Positions 38,593-51,930 are shown, numbered from the stretch's first letter. The stretch is DNA of 64,000 nucleotides from Heptranchias perlo (GCF_035084215.1 NC_090340.1:3720001-3784000); one strand, 5' to 3'. Translations and numbers: made by a program. The notes: a model not told the origin generated them from the sequence alone.

Positions 38593-40394
38593 ATCTTAAT
38601 TTAACCCTAACAACAAATCCTTCTATTCCTATCTCCCTCATGTGTTTATCTAGACTCCCCTGCACTGCATCAATGCTGGCAGACTCAACCGCTTCTTGTG
38701 GCAGCGAGTTCCACATTCTAACCACGGTCTGGGTAAAGAAATTTCTCCAGAATGCCCTGTTGGATTTATTAGTGACTATCTTATATTTATGGCCCCAAGT
38801 TCTGGCCCCACCCCAAGTGGAAACATTTTCTCTCCGTTTACCCTATCAAACCCCTTCATAATCTTAAAGACCTCTATCAGGTCACCCATCAGTATTCTCT
38901 TTAATAGAGAAAAACGCTCCAGCATGTTTAGTCTTTCCTGATAGGGATAACCTCTCAGTTCTGGTATCATCTTAGTAAATATTGTTGCACCTTTTCCAGT
39001 GCACCTATAGACTTATTATAATACGGAGACCTGATCTGTTCACAATTATCCAAGTGTGGTCTAATCAATATTCTATCCAAATTTAACATAATTTCCCTGT
39101 GTTTGAATTCTACCCCTCTAGAAATGAACCCCAGTGCTTTCTTTTCTTTCTTGTATTGCTTTATTAACCTGCGTCTCTGCATTTATTGATTTTTGTATCT
39201 GTGCCCCCAGATACAGCTCCTCTATCCCATTTAGACTCTCATTCTCCAAGAAGTATATAACTTTCTTATTCTTGGACACTTACATAAAATGTACACTTAG
39301 CTTTATTGAAATTAAATTGCCAATTACACGCCCATTCTGCAAGTTTATTAAAGTCTTTCTTCATTTCGTTGCAGTTCTCCTCAGTATTAACTCGACACCC
39401 AATTTTGCGCCTCCGCTAATTTTGTGATTGTGCTTCCGATTCTTGAGTTCAATTCATTTATGTAAATGGTGAACTTCAGTGGTTCCAGCGCCGATCTTTG
39501 TAGAACATCACTTCTTAACTTCTGCCAGTCTGAGTAAATACCTTTAAGACCTACTCTGTTCATTGTTTAGTCGCCAGGTTGCAATGCATTCTGCTATTTG
39601 TCCCCTGGCACCACATGCTCTGACCTTAGTTATAAGTCTACTATGTGGTACCTTATCGAAGGCTTTTGAAAATCCAAATATTTTCCATCAATTGCATTAA
39701 CTTTGTCTACCTTTACTGTTACTTCTTCAAAAGAAATCAATAAGGTTGGTCAAGCATGACCTCCCCTTTTGAAATCTGTGCTGTTAATTCTTTATTATAT
39801 TTTCGTTTTCTAAATATTTTTCTATTACATCTTTGAGTAAGGATTCATTTATTTTTTCAAACCACCGACAGAAAGCGTATTGGTTTATAGTCCCCTCGAC
39901 GTGTTCTATCTCCTTTTAAAATGTAAGAATTACATTGTCTGTCTATCAGTCCTCTGGCACTATTCCTTTTTCTAATGAATTTTAAAAGAAATAATTAATA
40001 GTGCCTCTGATCTTTGCTACTAAAGTCATGCCCACCATAATAGCCTCCCTGATAAATACTGAGGTAAATTAATTATTTATGATTTCTGCCATTTCGGTCT
40101 CATTTCCTGCCAATTTATCTGTTAGTAGCTCTATCCCTATGCTGATTTTTCTTTTCATATTCATCTGTCTATGCAGTACTTCACCATTTCTTTTTATAAT
40201 GATGATAATTGAATTTCGTAGTTTCTCATTGCTTGCTAATTGTTTTCTTAATTTCCTTCCTAACGTGATCTTATTCCGTTTTGCCATGCTTTCTTCTGTT
40301 GTCTATGAACGCAGTCAGTGCCCTTTTCTTCAGTTTAAATGTTATTCATAGGTCTTTATTTATCCATGGTGTGTTATTACTGGCTAATTCAAAG

Positions 40395-42486
40395 GGGTGA
40401 TTCAAGGGGTACAGGGTAAACATGTTACCATAAAGAAAAAGGGAGAAACTGCCAAATCTAAAGCCAGGATGTCAAGAAGCATTCAGGGTAAAAGAAGGCA
40501 GAAAAATAAAGCCGATGATATTCACCAGGAACTCAATACCACGGAAAGCTTAGAGGGGTATACAAAGTGCAGGATGTGAGTTAAAAAGTAAATTCGGAAA
40601 GCAAAGTGAGGGCGTGAAAAAATATGAGCAGGTAAAATCAAAGAAAACCCAAAGATGTTTTATAAATAGGTTAAGAGCAAGAGGATAACTAAGGAAAGAT
40701 TAGGGTCTATTAGAGACCAAAAAGGTATACTATGTTTGGATGCGGAAGATATGGGTATGGTTCTTCATAAATACTTTTTATCTGTCTTCACAAAGAAGAG
40801 GGATGACGCAGATATTGAAGTTAAGGAGGAAGAGTGAGAAGTGTTGCTTGGGATAAACATAGTGAGAGAGAAAGTATTAAGGGGATTAGCATCTTTGGAA
40901 GTAGATAAATCACCAGGGCCGGTTGAAATGTATTCCAGGCTGTTAAGAGAAGCCAAGGAGGAAATAGCGGAGGCTTTAAAGATCATTTTTCAAACTTCAC
41001 TGGATACAGGCGTCGTGTCGGACGATTGGAGGACTGCTAACGTTGTTCCGTTGTTTAAAAAAGGAGCAAAAGATAGACCAAGTAATTAAAGGCCAGTCAG
41101 CCTAACCTCGGTGGTGGGCAAATTATCGGAATCAATTCGAGGGACAGGATAAACTGTCACGTGGAAAGTTACAGACTAATCAAGGAGAGTCAGCACGGAT
41201 TTGTTAACGGGTGGTGGTGTCTGACCAAGTGGATTGAATTTTTCGACGAGTTGACAAGGAGGATCGATGAGGGTAGCACAATTGATTTAGTCTACATCGA
41301 TTTTAGCAAGGCTTTTGACAAGGTCCCAGATGGCAGATTGGTCAAAAAAGTAAAGGCCCGTGGGATCCAAGGGAATGTGGCAAATTGGATCCAAACTTGG
41401 CTCAGTGGCAAGAAGCAAAGTGTAATGGTCGACGGGTGTTTTTGCCACTGGAAGGCTGTTTCTATTGGGGTTCCGCAGGGCTTCATACTAGGTCCTTTGC
41501 TTTTTGTGGTATCCATTAACGATTTGGATTTAAAGTAGGGGCATTATTAAGAAATTTGTGGATGACTTTAAGATAGGCCTTGTGGTTGATAGTAAGCAGG
41601 AAAGCTGTAGACTGCAGGAAGATATGAATGGACTGGTGAGATGGGCAGAAAAGTGGCAAGTGGAGTTCAATCCGGAGAAGTGTGAGGTAATGCATTTAGG
41701 GAGGGCAAACAAGGCAAGGAAATACTCTATAAATGAGAGGATACTGAGAGGTGTAGAGGATACTGAGAGGTGTAGAGGAAGTGAGAGACGTTGGAGTGCA
41801 TGTCCACAGATCCCTGAAGGTAGCAGAATAGGTAGGTCAGGTGGTTAAGAAGGCATATATGTAATGCTTCCCGTTATTAGCCGAGGCATAGACTATAAAA
41901 GCAGGGTACTTATGGCTGCAACTGTATAAAACACTAGTTAGGCCACAGCTTGAGTATTGCACACAGTTCTGGTCACCACATTACAGGAAGGATGTAATTG
42001 CAATAGAGAGGATGTTGCCAGGACTGGAGAATTTCAGCTGCGATGACAAATAGGATAGGATGGGGTTGTTTTCCTTGGAGCAGAGGAGGCTGAAGGATGA
42101 TTTGATTGAGGTGAACAAAATTATTAGGGGACTATATAGAGGGATAGGAAAGACCTATTTCCCTTACCGGAGGTGTCAATAACCAAGGCACATAGATTTG
42201 AACTGATTGGTAGAAGGATTAGAGCGGAAATTAGGATTTTTTTCACCGAGATGGTGGTGGGGGTATGGAACTCACTGCCTGAGAGGGTAGTAGAGGTAGA
42301 AACCATCAACTCTTTTAAAAAAATACCTGGATGTGCACCTGAATAGCAGTGACCTGCAGGGCTACGGACCAAATGCTGGAAAGTGGAATTGGGCAGAGTT
42401 GCTCTTTTCTCAGCCGATGCAGACACCATGGGCCAAATGGCTTCTTTCTGTGCCGTAAATTTTCTGGAATTCCATGATTCTATGAA
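40395..42486 (+). mobile_element. Decayed CR1-type LINE (linker, RT, 3' end)
   Basis: ORFs 40841..41089 (KSPGP…WRTANVVPLFKKG), 41161..41538 (QHGF…DFSKAFDKVP…GVPQG) and 41558..41848. Small tandem duplication aggatactgagaggtgtag x2 at ~41738-41777. Confidence 0.92.
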
Positions 42487-42540
42487 CTTTATAGGGTAGA
42501 TGTATACTGGTGCCGGAGTTGAACCTTCGAATCTCTTTAC

Positions 42541-42601
42541 ATCTATCTATCCATCGATCTGTCTCTCCATCCATTCAATCTATCTATCCATTCGTCCATC
42601 T
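42541..42601 (+). repeat. Degenerate (ATCT/ATCC)n microsatellite
   Basis: atctatctatccatcgatctgtctctccatccattcaatctatctatccattcgtccatct. Confidence 0.75.
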
Positions 42602-42634
42602 AGTTATTTTTCATTATGTCTGAGTATATGCTGA

Positions 42635-44940
42635 GTGGTTGTTTCTCTGGGTGGAGAGTCCAGAACTAGAGGGTGTGGTCGCAGGATAAGGGTTCGGACA
42701 GTTAAGACTGCGATTTGGAGGAATTTCTGCACTCAGTCGATTGTGAATCTTTGCGATTGTCTACCCCAGAGGACTGTTGAATATTTAAAATTCGTTCATG
42801 GGATGTGGGCTTCGCTGGGGTGGCCAGCAATGTTTGCCCATCCCTAATTGCCCTTGAGAAGGTGGCGGTGAGCCGTCTTCTTGAACCACTGCAGTCCGTG
42901 TGATGAATGCTTTATCACAGTGCTGTGAGGAAGGGAGTTCTAGGATTTTGACCCAGCGACGATGAAGGAACAGCGATATATTTGCAAGTCGGGATGATAT
43001 GTCACTTGGAGGGCAACGTGCAGGTGGTGGTGTTCCCATGTGCCTGCTGCCATTGTCCTTCTCGGTGATTTGTGCCTTGTAAATGGTGGAAAGACTTTGG
43101 GGAGTCAGAAGTTGAGTCACTCGCCACAGAAAACCCAGCCTCTGACCTGGTCCTCTAGCCACATTATCGATGTTGCTGGTCCAGTCAAGATTCTGGACAA
43201 TGGTGACCCCCCAGGATGTTCGTAGTGGGGGATTCGGCAATGGTAATGCCGGTGAATGTCAAGGGGAGATGTTTAGACTCTCTCTTGTTGGAGATGGTGA
43301 TTGCCCGGCACTTTTCTGGCGCGAATGTTACTTGCCACTTATCAGCCCAAGTCTGGATGTTGTCCAGGTCTTGTTGCATGTGGGCACGGACTGCTTCATT
43401 ATATGAGGATTTGCGAATGGAACTGAACACGGTGCAATCATTAGCGAACATCCCCATTTCTGACATTATGATGGCGGGAAGGTCATTCATGAAGCAGCTG
43501 AAGATGGTTGGGCCGAGGACAGAGCCCTGAGGAACACCTGCAGCTATGTACTGGGGCTGAGATAATTGGCCTCCAAAAACCACTATCATATTCCTTTGTG
43601 CTAGGCATGGCTCCAGCCACTGGAGGGTTTTCGCCCTGGTTCCCATTGACTTTAATTTTACTAGGGCTCCTTGGTGCCACATTCGGTCAAATGCTGCCTT
43701 GATGTCAAGGGCAGCCACTCTCACCTCACCTCTGGAATTCAGCTCTTTTGTCCATGTTTGGACCAAGGCTGTAATGAGGTCAGGAGCCGAGCGGTCGTGG
43801 TGGAACCTAAACTGAGCATCGGTGAGCAGGTTAATGGTGTGTAAGTGCCGCTTGATAGCACTGTCGACGACACCGTCCATCACTTTGCTGATGATTGAGA
43901 GTAGACTGATAGGCGGTAATTGGCCAGATTGCATTTGTCCTGCTTTTTGTGGACATGACATACCTGGCAATTTTCCACATTGTCGTGTAGATGCCAGTGT
44001 AGAAGTTGTACTGGGACATTTTTGTGGAGGCATGGCTAATTCTGGAGCACAAGTCTTCAGCACTACAGCCGGGATGTTGTCGGGGTCCATAGCCTTTGCT
44101 GTATCCAGTGCACTCAGCCGTTTCTTGATATCACGTAGCGTGAATCGAACTGGCTGAAGACTGGCTTCTGTGATGGTGGCGATATCGAGAGCTGGCTGAG
44201 ATGGATCATCCACTCGGCATTTCTGGCTGAAGATGCTTGCAAACGCTTCAGCCTTGTCTTTTGTACTCACGTGCTGGACTCCGCCATCATTGAGGATGGG
44301 GATGTTTACAGAGCCTTCTCATCCCATTAGTTGTTTAATTGTCCATCACTATTCACGACTGGATGTGGAGGACTGCAGAGCTTTGATCTGATCCATCGGT
44401 TGTGGAATCACTTAGCTCTGTCTACAGCATGTTGCTTTCGCTGTTTAGCATGCACGTAGTCTTGAGTTGTAGCATCACCAGTTTGGACCTCATTTTTAGG
44501 TACGCCTTATGCTGCTTCTGGCATACTCTTCTACACTCCTCATTGAACCAGGGTTGATCCTCTGGCTTGTTCGTAAAGGTAGAGTGAGGAATATGCCGGG
44601 CCATGAGGTTACTTATTGTGATATAATAAAATTCTGCTGCTGCTGATGGCCCACTTCGCCTCATGGATGCCTAGTTTTGAGCTGCTAGACCTGTCCTGAA
44701 TCTATCGCATTTAGCACGGTGATAGTGCCACACAACACGTTGGATGATGAGTCGTTGAATATATTCAAGGCTGAGATGGATTTTTTTATGGACTGTAGGG
44801 AAATCAAGGGCTATGTGGATCGGGCAGGAATGTGGAGTTGAGATTGAAGATCAGCCATGATCAGATTGAATGGTGCATTTAGGCAGAGGAGTCATATACC
44901 CTTCTCCTGTTCATATTTCTTATATTCGCATTATGTTCTT
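42635..44940 (+). mobile_element. Short CR1-type 3' fragment (42635-42785 + 44746-44940) split by a family A LINE
   Basis: Left part gagtccagaactagagg…ctaccccagaggactg; right part gagtcgttgaatatattcaaggctgagat…gatcagccatgatc…ttatgttctt. Confidence 0.75.
42786..44745 (-). mobile_element. Family A LINE, 5'-truncated, internal deletion at ~43064
   Basis: ORF 43185..44270 (361 aa; DIKAAFDRMWHQ, GVPQGSVLGP, FAND) and 44422..44664; tail at ~42790. Confidence 0.93.
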
Positions 44941-45589
44941 TTGTAACATATGTCGTAGGGAGAATTGATAAATGTTTAATTAAAGACGAAGGACGTAAAA
45001 TTCAAATTCGGTATGGGCGCAGCACGGAAGGTAGCTGATCTGCTGCTACTGCTCACCTGTTCCGCCAATGGGAGCGTGGCCGTTCTGGTGCGATATTTCC
45101 AGCTTTCTTTTGCATGCATGTAGTTGCAAGCTGTACGGAGCCTAAGTTGAGGTTTTTTAGTTCGTGCATGACAACATGATTCAAAGCGTTTTTTTTTGTT
45201 GCCGAGGACTATTCCAATGTCGAGGGAGATTTGATTGAGATGCCTACATGGCTCCCTACACTGCAACATTCTCATCTGACCATTTGATATGGCCAAATAG
45301 TTACAGCCAACGGAGACTGAATTTTTCGGAGACATCAGTTTGTGCTGTTCGCCTTTGACCTCTGTGCTCCTGGTGTAGTTGTAACAGCGGACAACGCATT
45401 AGTAAAATACACCGTTGGCCAAAAGCATCCAGTCCTGATTAGTTACAAACCCTCGGAAGCAAATGTCCGCATATCAAAGCTGGGGTAAAAAGATTCTTGA
45501 ATAATCTGAGTTTGATTGCTACAGTTTGATTCTCGATTCCACACATTCTTATCAAGAGGCAATAACGCGTAGAAACGTCCTTGGAAAAC

Positions 45590-46260
45590 ATGCGGAGACA
45601 AACGAGCAAGAACTCAAAAGTGGTAATCATTGGGTTACTCCCCGTGCCACGTGCTGGTGAGCATAGGAACAGCAAGAGAAAGCAGGTAAATATTTGATTG
45701 GAGAAATGGTGCAGAAAACAGGGGTTCAGATACACCGGACATTGGGACCATTTCTGGAGCAGGAAGGGACATGTACAAAATTGAATGGTTATACATAAAC
45801 AGGGCTGGGACCAATGTCCTCTGAGGGAGGTTAACTCGTGCTGCAGGGAAGGGTGATACCAATTTGGTGTGGGGGAGGGGAAGCAGGATGAAGCATCAGA
45901 GAGTAGAAGCAAGGTGAACAGAGAACTGGGAGAGACAAAAACCATTAGAATAAAGTGCAGTATAAAAGAGAGAATATCATGCAGGGGAGAAATGGAAAAC
46001 AGATTGAGGCGGGTTTGGAGTGACGAATATGATTGGTGAGCTGCAGACACAAGTTTCCACGTGGGATTATGAAAAAGTGGAAAAAGGAAAACTGGTTCAA
46101 ACAAGGGCATGAATGGGAAGTTAAAATTCCTGGCTACAATGTCCTTATTTAGAAGAAATAGGGAGCAAAGAAAAGGCGGAGTGGCATTATTGATCAAATA
46201 TACTGTTGCAGCCCGAGAAAACGATGACGGGCTGAAGGGTTCAAAGACAGAATTGTGCAT
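45590..46260 (+). mobile_element. CR1-type LINE ORF1 C-terminus (SGNH/GDSL esterase-like) plus start of ORF2 endonuclease
   Basis: Hand translation NSKVVIIGLLPVPRAGEHRNSKRKQVNI*LEKWCRKQGFRYTGHWDHFWSR…/GLYINRAGTNVL, then …RRNREQRKGGVALLIK (ORF 46109..46342). Confidence 0.8.
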
Positions 46261-46620
46261 GGCCTACGCATGGCAACAGATCGTCTGCCTCAGTTCAATT
46301 TTCCTTTCCATTAATTTATCAGAGATTACTAAATTAAGATAACATTCAACATCAGAGGGTATGCAAGATCGGCGGTGCTGGATGCTGCTTGCAACCATCC
46401 GCATCACACCCACAGTGTATTGTCCACCACAGCAACTCTGCTAGACCTTCCATCCTCCAATAAGTTACATACATCTCAGTGATCATCACTGATATACATT
46501 GATATACGTGCCACCTACGTTGTGGGGTCAATAACTTATGCTACCATGGAAACACAATGCCAACGACATCATAATATCAAAACGCGTTACGTTTGACAAT
46601 GATAACCTCCCGTGTTAATA

Positions 46621-46764
46621 TGGGAGAACCGGGAGAACCTTCAGCACACGAACTGCAGCGGTTCAAGAAGGTTGCTCACCACCACCTTCTCAAGGGCAAT
46701 TAGGGATGGGCAATAAATGCTGGCCTGGCCAGCGACGCCCACATCCCATGAACGAATAAAAAAA
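46621..46764 (+). mobile_element. Family A 3' tail-only insertion
   Basis: ctgcagcggttcaagaagg…gggcaattagggatgggcaataaatgctggcctggccagcgacgcccacatcccatgaacgaataaaaaaa. Confidence 0.88.
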
Positions 46765-47829
46765 GGTGTCAACCCGTAGTGCTTTTCTTACTTGTTGTTA
46801 CTTTCGTTATCCTACTATTTCTGCAAAGAGCTCCACGACTGGTATCAACATGGGAGGTGGAAGTCTGCCGACGCTCAGATGCGGGCTTCTCCGATACTTG
46901 TAGTCAGTGACGTCGAAGACCTTGGACCTTTCCTGTTTGCAAACGGAAGCATCTCAGGTATTGATTGAAGGGGTGGCGTGACAGTCGGCATCTTATTATT
47001 GTGATAAAGGGCAAAATATATCACTCCCATTGCAAATCTTCCAATACCACGGGACTGCTGCTCATCACTCCCACTGACCTGCGTGAGAGCAGATTGGAGG
47101 AGATCATTGATGCACTTGCAACCTTTATCAATAATTCCCCCCAGCCTTTAGAAGGTTGAAAAGAAGGTGGAGACCAGTGCCTGAATGACGCAAATTTAAT
47201 CACCCATGAGAGATGCTTTTGCCTGTGTCACACACTCCTGGAAACAAAAGCCAGCTGAAACGTCCAAAGAGATGATCTATACACTCCATGATAGACTGTG
47301 GGATATTGATGCTTTGAACCAGAATCCCACATAAACTGGAAGCAGGATCCCCTACTATTGACATGGAGTGTTGAGCACTTTGTCAGGTTGTCCAATGCGT
47401 CAAGCAATTACTGGTGCATATGAAACTTCATAATTTTGAATACAGCTCTTCGAAAGACTGTATCTCAGAGCTCTTCGGCAGAGCTAGGAACTGAACTTGC
47501 CCTCGGCTCAGGCCTCTCCTGGCCTGTTATCACCAGCCCACGTGATGAGTTAATCATCCTGAACACACGCGTCTAATTTACCATCAACACAACCCACGTT
47601 TTTGATTTGTGTTGGTGTTTATAACAGTTGTAGGGAGTGACGGTGAATGTTTACGAGGGAGTCATCGAATGGACCTGGAAACAAGACGTGCAGGGCAAGG
47701 ATCAGAATATAATTGGAATGGTGTGCACGTCGGAGTTCGGTCGCAACGCAACGTAGCTCCGGGTAGCAATAATGCCGCGCTGTAAGTTTAAGGAAAGAGA
47801 AAATGCACGGGACATAGACAGGCATCTTG

Positions 47830-48480
47830 TTACATTTGGCCTCCAGTTCTGGTTACCACTCCTCAGGAAGGGTATATTGGACTTGGGGGCGCTGCAGCTC
47901 AGGGGTACCGGAATGACACAGGGTCCTAATATGTTAATTTATGAGGACGGTTTGCATGAAGTCGGATTAGTCATTCTTCATTCCAAAGTAGATGACCTCA
48001 CACTCCCCCACATTGAACTCCATCTGTCACAATTTTGCCCACCCACATCGTCTGTCCACGTGTCTTCATAACATCCTGTTCCCATTTGCACAACTTACTG
48101 TTCCTCCGAACTTAGTGTAATCTGCAACCTTTGATATACAGCTCACTGTTCCTTGAACCAAGTCACTGATATATATGTTGAAAAGCTAAGGCCCCAATGC
48201 AGGTCGCTGGGAAACACCACTTGTTGCATCCTACCATCAGAGTACATTACTTTATTTCTGCTCTGTCACCCGCCTCCAAATCAGTTACCTCCAATTCCTC
48301 GCCCCTTTATATTTGCGAATCATTCCTTGAGCAGAATCTCATTGAATGATTTCTGCAGTCCGATATAGATAACATCCAAAGACACTCCCGTTTTCTCCAT
48401 CCTAGTGCCCTCCTCAAAAGCACCACCTATCCTTCACAAATCTTTTCTGAATCTATTTAATCAACTCATTGTTATTCAAA
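47830..48480. mobile_element. Old CR1-type fragments (plus-strand 47830-47960, minus-strand ~47970-48480)
   Basis: QFWLPLLRKGILDLGALQ in ORF 47772..48071; reverse RT motifs (cttagtgtaatctgcaac) near 48110. Confidence 0.6.
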
Positions 48481-51409
48481 TGCTCAGTAACTCTAACCCT
48501 GATGATAGGTACCTCACAGAAAAGTGGCTGGATGGTTTTGGACACTCTGTTGTGGGGCTACTATGACGTAACTATTCTGCAGCACTGCCACATAAAATGC
48601 CCCTCTCGTTTGGTTAACATTCTCGCCCACCAATATCTACCGCCCTGCCCCCACACATACTACCCCGCTATCAGCCCAAACGAACCGTCTCTGCTGATGG
48701 GCTATTTGACCTGCTCCACTCCTCGCCACCGGCGAGCTGTCTATCGGCGCTCGCTTAGGAAGATGGAAGCATTGTAATAGCTCGATAAAAAAAGACCATG
48801 CTCAATTTAGTTCACCTTGTGCCACCCTGAGAGTCGATTCGTGGGAGAATGTGGGTGTTAAGCAACCGTGAGGAGCATTTTTGTGGCAGTGCAGTAGAGC
48901 AGTTATACTACGTGATACAATGACAATGGAGTTGTTGCCTAATCATAGCAATCAGGTTCCATCAATTAGTCGACAAGAGACCGTGACCTTTAAACCCCGT
49001 TGGCCTCATTCGTTTAAAAGATGCCCGATGAAAATGGCTCGAATTTCTTGCGGGGGCCGGGTGCTTTCGGCTGACTCCGTCAACATAATCGACCCCATCA
49101 CATCTAATCACATCCTATTAGTTTCGGAGAGTTCCACGTTGGATTATGTTTGCACTACTTGTCTTCAGTGCAGATCGATGCATTCCAATTTATTCTTCCT
49201 CATTCCTTCATTTGGCCAAGATAAAATAATCCAATCAAAGGTACTGATATATTTCCTGGATCTCAATTTCATAAAGTTTGGGAGCCACCCTTTCCCTTAC
49301 TATACTACGGAATATATCCTATTTGTATATCAATGTGTTTCATCATTTGTGGAATGCGAATTTTCCCAGGTTTTTGCCCTCCCCTCCTTTTCGGCTCCAT
49401 TTTATATGCATTTCCATCCGTTGCATGGTCTGCCCCCTTTCGCTTTCTATAGAAGGCTATTGTTTCTTCTTGTTTATGGTTGCCGCTTGTTGCATCGTTG
49501 AAGAAAAGACTCTAGTCTGCCCATTTCATACTGGACCTACTCTGTTACTTTCTTAATGTCCTCCTTTTAACGCACTCCTGGCTTCTTGGCCTTGCTGTAC
49601 ACTACAGTATTTCTTATCTTGCCAATATGTTGCAGATTGATCCCAGAGATTTTATGATACTGAATATCCAAATGCCTGTACCAGACCGCTTACTGTTAAC
49701 ATTGAAGATTTGATTTTTATCCAATGTGAATTTCTAAATTGTTTATATTTTTTCTTTTTGCCATATATATTTATTCCCATGTTGTGACAGCAGACATTTT
49801 AAAATAAAAGTTTTAAAATTGATCTACTGTCCTTCTACTTATTGCCAAGCTTTTTACAAGGAGCTTGTTCCCTAAATAGTATGTTTTTCTTGTGAAATTA
49901 TACTGTACTGCAGTTTCTGAGTGTCCAAAATATTGTATGCTCTCTATTTCTTGCATTCATGGTCGGAAATATTCATCTTTCTTTAGCCGTTTTTGTCAGT
50001 GAAATGAGTCTGAGAAGGCCTCGGAATTTGCGTCAACTGGAGGAAGGATCTGCATTTCTAAGGGCATATTGATTACAATCCATGGCCACAAGTTTTGAAG
50101 CAACTTTTTATTTTCAATTATCCGCGAGGAGCCAGCATAAAGCCAATAAGGAAATGCTTTTCTTAAGTCAGGCTATCATTTTACTTATTTCCATTGGAGG
50201 ATGACAAATACAGGGATGCAACAGAGGCAGATTAAGCCCACCCACTGGTGCCCTCTAACCACAGTAAAATTCAGATGCGCACTTACTTGGCAATTATTGT
50301 GCAGAACTAGTTAACTGGTTGACAATAACCCAAATGCAGAGGAATGCAACTGCGGCTAACGTTCCATAGGGTTGGCACTTGCGGAGGCAGCAATTGTCAA
50401 TTACAGTCTCAGTGTTTTTGCTGTGCCTCCTTCTAGCTATTCTGCATGGTGGAGGGTGTCCTCGAATGGGGAACATAATCCTCACTTGAACAGCCATCAC
50501 GGGGGATTGGGCGTAACGTGTTGCGTCACTCTATCACGTGGCCACAGTTTCAGTTTGACGCCTCCACGATTGCCTCATTGTGGGAACCAGGTGTTTTCGT
50601 TACCAAAACAGCCTTTCCAAAGACTGAAATATACATTATAATATTAGAAGGCTCTGTAAATGTGGTTAAGAATTTTCACGTGACGCTGCTTAGTTGCAAG
50701 TGAATTTATGATCTTATATTTACCCATCAATAATTGCAAAAAAATATTGGACAAATATACACCGGAAGCTTGCTCATATTATAACGTATCGCCACAAGTT
50801 CATGTGATCCAAGCACTCAAACCGCCTAGCAGCGAAAATATACCGCTCCATTCATGTCTGATTTAAAGCGGGTCGCATCTCCCTCACTGTCTTCAATAGC
50901 AACACATTTTCGCATACAGAAATTATTAACCTGGAAATACCTCAGTTAATTCTGCTGCACTGAAATTACTTTATCCGATATGCAGCGGAAACCTCGGTCA
51001 GTCACATGTCCGATGAAGTAACGCCGGCGGAGCGGGAGCAGTTGGCAGGAATTTCTCCTGCGTGCAATAGCTTGTGACCGCAAAACGCGTCTGTGTGGTG
51101 TTACATTGTCCACTATTATAGTCATTAGCCTGTTTTACTTTTTTTAAATGTACCCGGTGAAATACTGCACAATGCCATGTCGAAAGCATTAAGCAAACTT
51201 AGCCCAATATCACATATTGTAACTTCTGCCCTGATTTGCTAATGCTTGCAACCAACGGAGAAATGATTCGATTTGGAATCCCATAGCTGAGGCAACAGCG
51301 GCACTTAACTCCCTGAACGGATTCCCCTGGAAACTGGGGCTAGGAGGTGCGAGACCATCAACAGAATACACTGGCAAGTGTTGGAAAGTGAGATCAAAAG
51401 CGCAAAATA

Positions 51410-51645
51410 TATCTGAAGTGCTGAGAATCTGAAATAAAAACCAAAATGCTGAAAATTCACAGACTGTCCGCTGGCATCTGAATGGAGAAAAGAAAGTTAT
51501 TTTTTTTAAATGTTTGGTGGAGATCTCCCTCAAAACTCCTTTCAGTTTTCATGAAGAATCTTGCCGCGAAACATTCAGCTTTATTTTCTCGTTCCGTGCA
51601 TTAATCAGACTGTTGCGTGTTTCCAGCAATTTGGTTATTTTCATT
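51410..51645. mobile_element. Old Penelope-type fold-back remnant upstream of gene 3
   Basis: Imperfect inverted arms (tgaaataaaaaccaaaatgctgaaaa… / …tttccagcaatttggttattttca) with a decayed atgaag…cgaaac core at ~51550-51572. Confidence 0.55.
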
Positions 51646-51930
51646 ATTATAATTGATTCAGAAAGTGGACGTTATCGCTCAATTTGAAATTCTCACTATT
51701 TCTGCAATAATTCATGTTTCCTTCTTGTCGATGCGATGGATAATTGTGGTAAAATATTCAGTGCAGAAAGTCCAGTGAATATTATGCAACAGAAGAAACT
51801 CATTTCCGGAATCCACAGAGACAGGATGGCAAACGTCACTGTCACGTGTTTCACGTCACAGCACACGCATTCTTACAAACCCGAAGAGATTCATCGCCTT
51901 CAGCAAGTGACCTCTATTACTTTGTTCATA

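Larger units (their letters stand above)
38270..40370 (-). mobile_element. Decayed CR1-type LINE (RT and 3' end), host of the Penelope-type insert
   Basis: ORFs 38543..38725 (VRMWNSLPQEAVE), 38776..38970 (GDLIEVFKIMKGFDRV) and 38967..39182 (LIRPHLDNC). Reverse AFDKVPH motif near 39650. Confidence 0.85.

Noticed and set aside
45439-46260. 273-aa minus-strand ORF
   Set aside because: Antisense to CR1 ORF1/ORF2 remnants; low-complexity F/L/S composition with no domain motifs.
48881-49501. 206-aa plus-strand ORF
   Set aside because: No recognisable motifs; appears to lie antisense to an old CR1 fragment.
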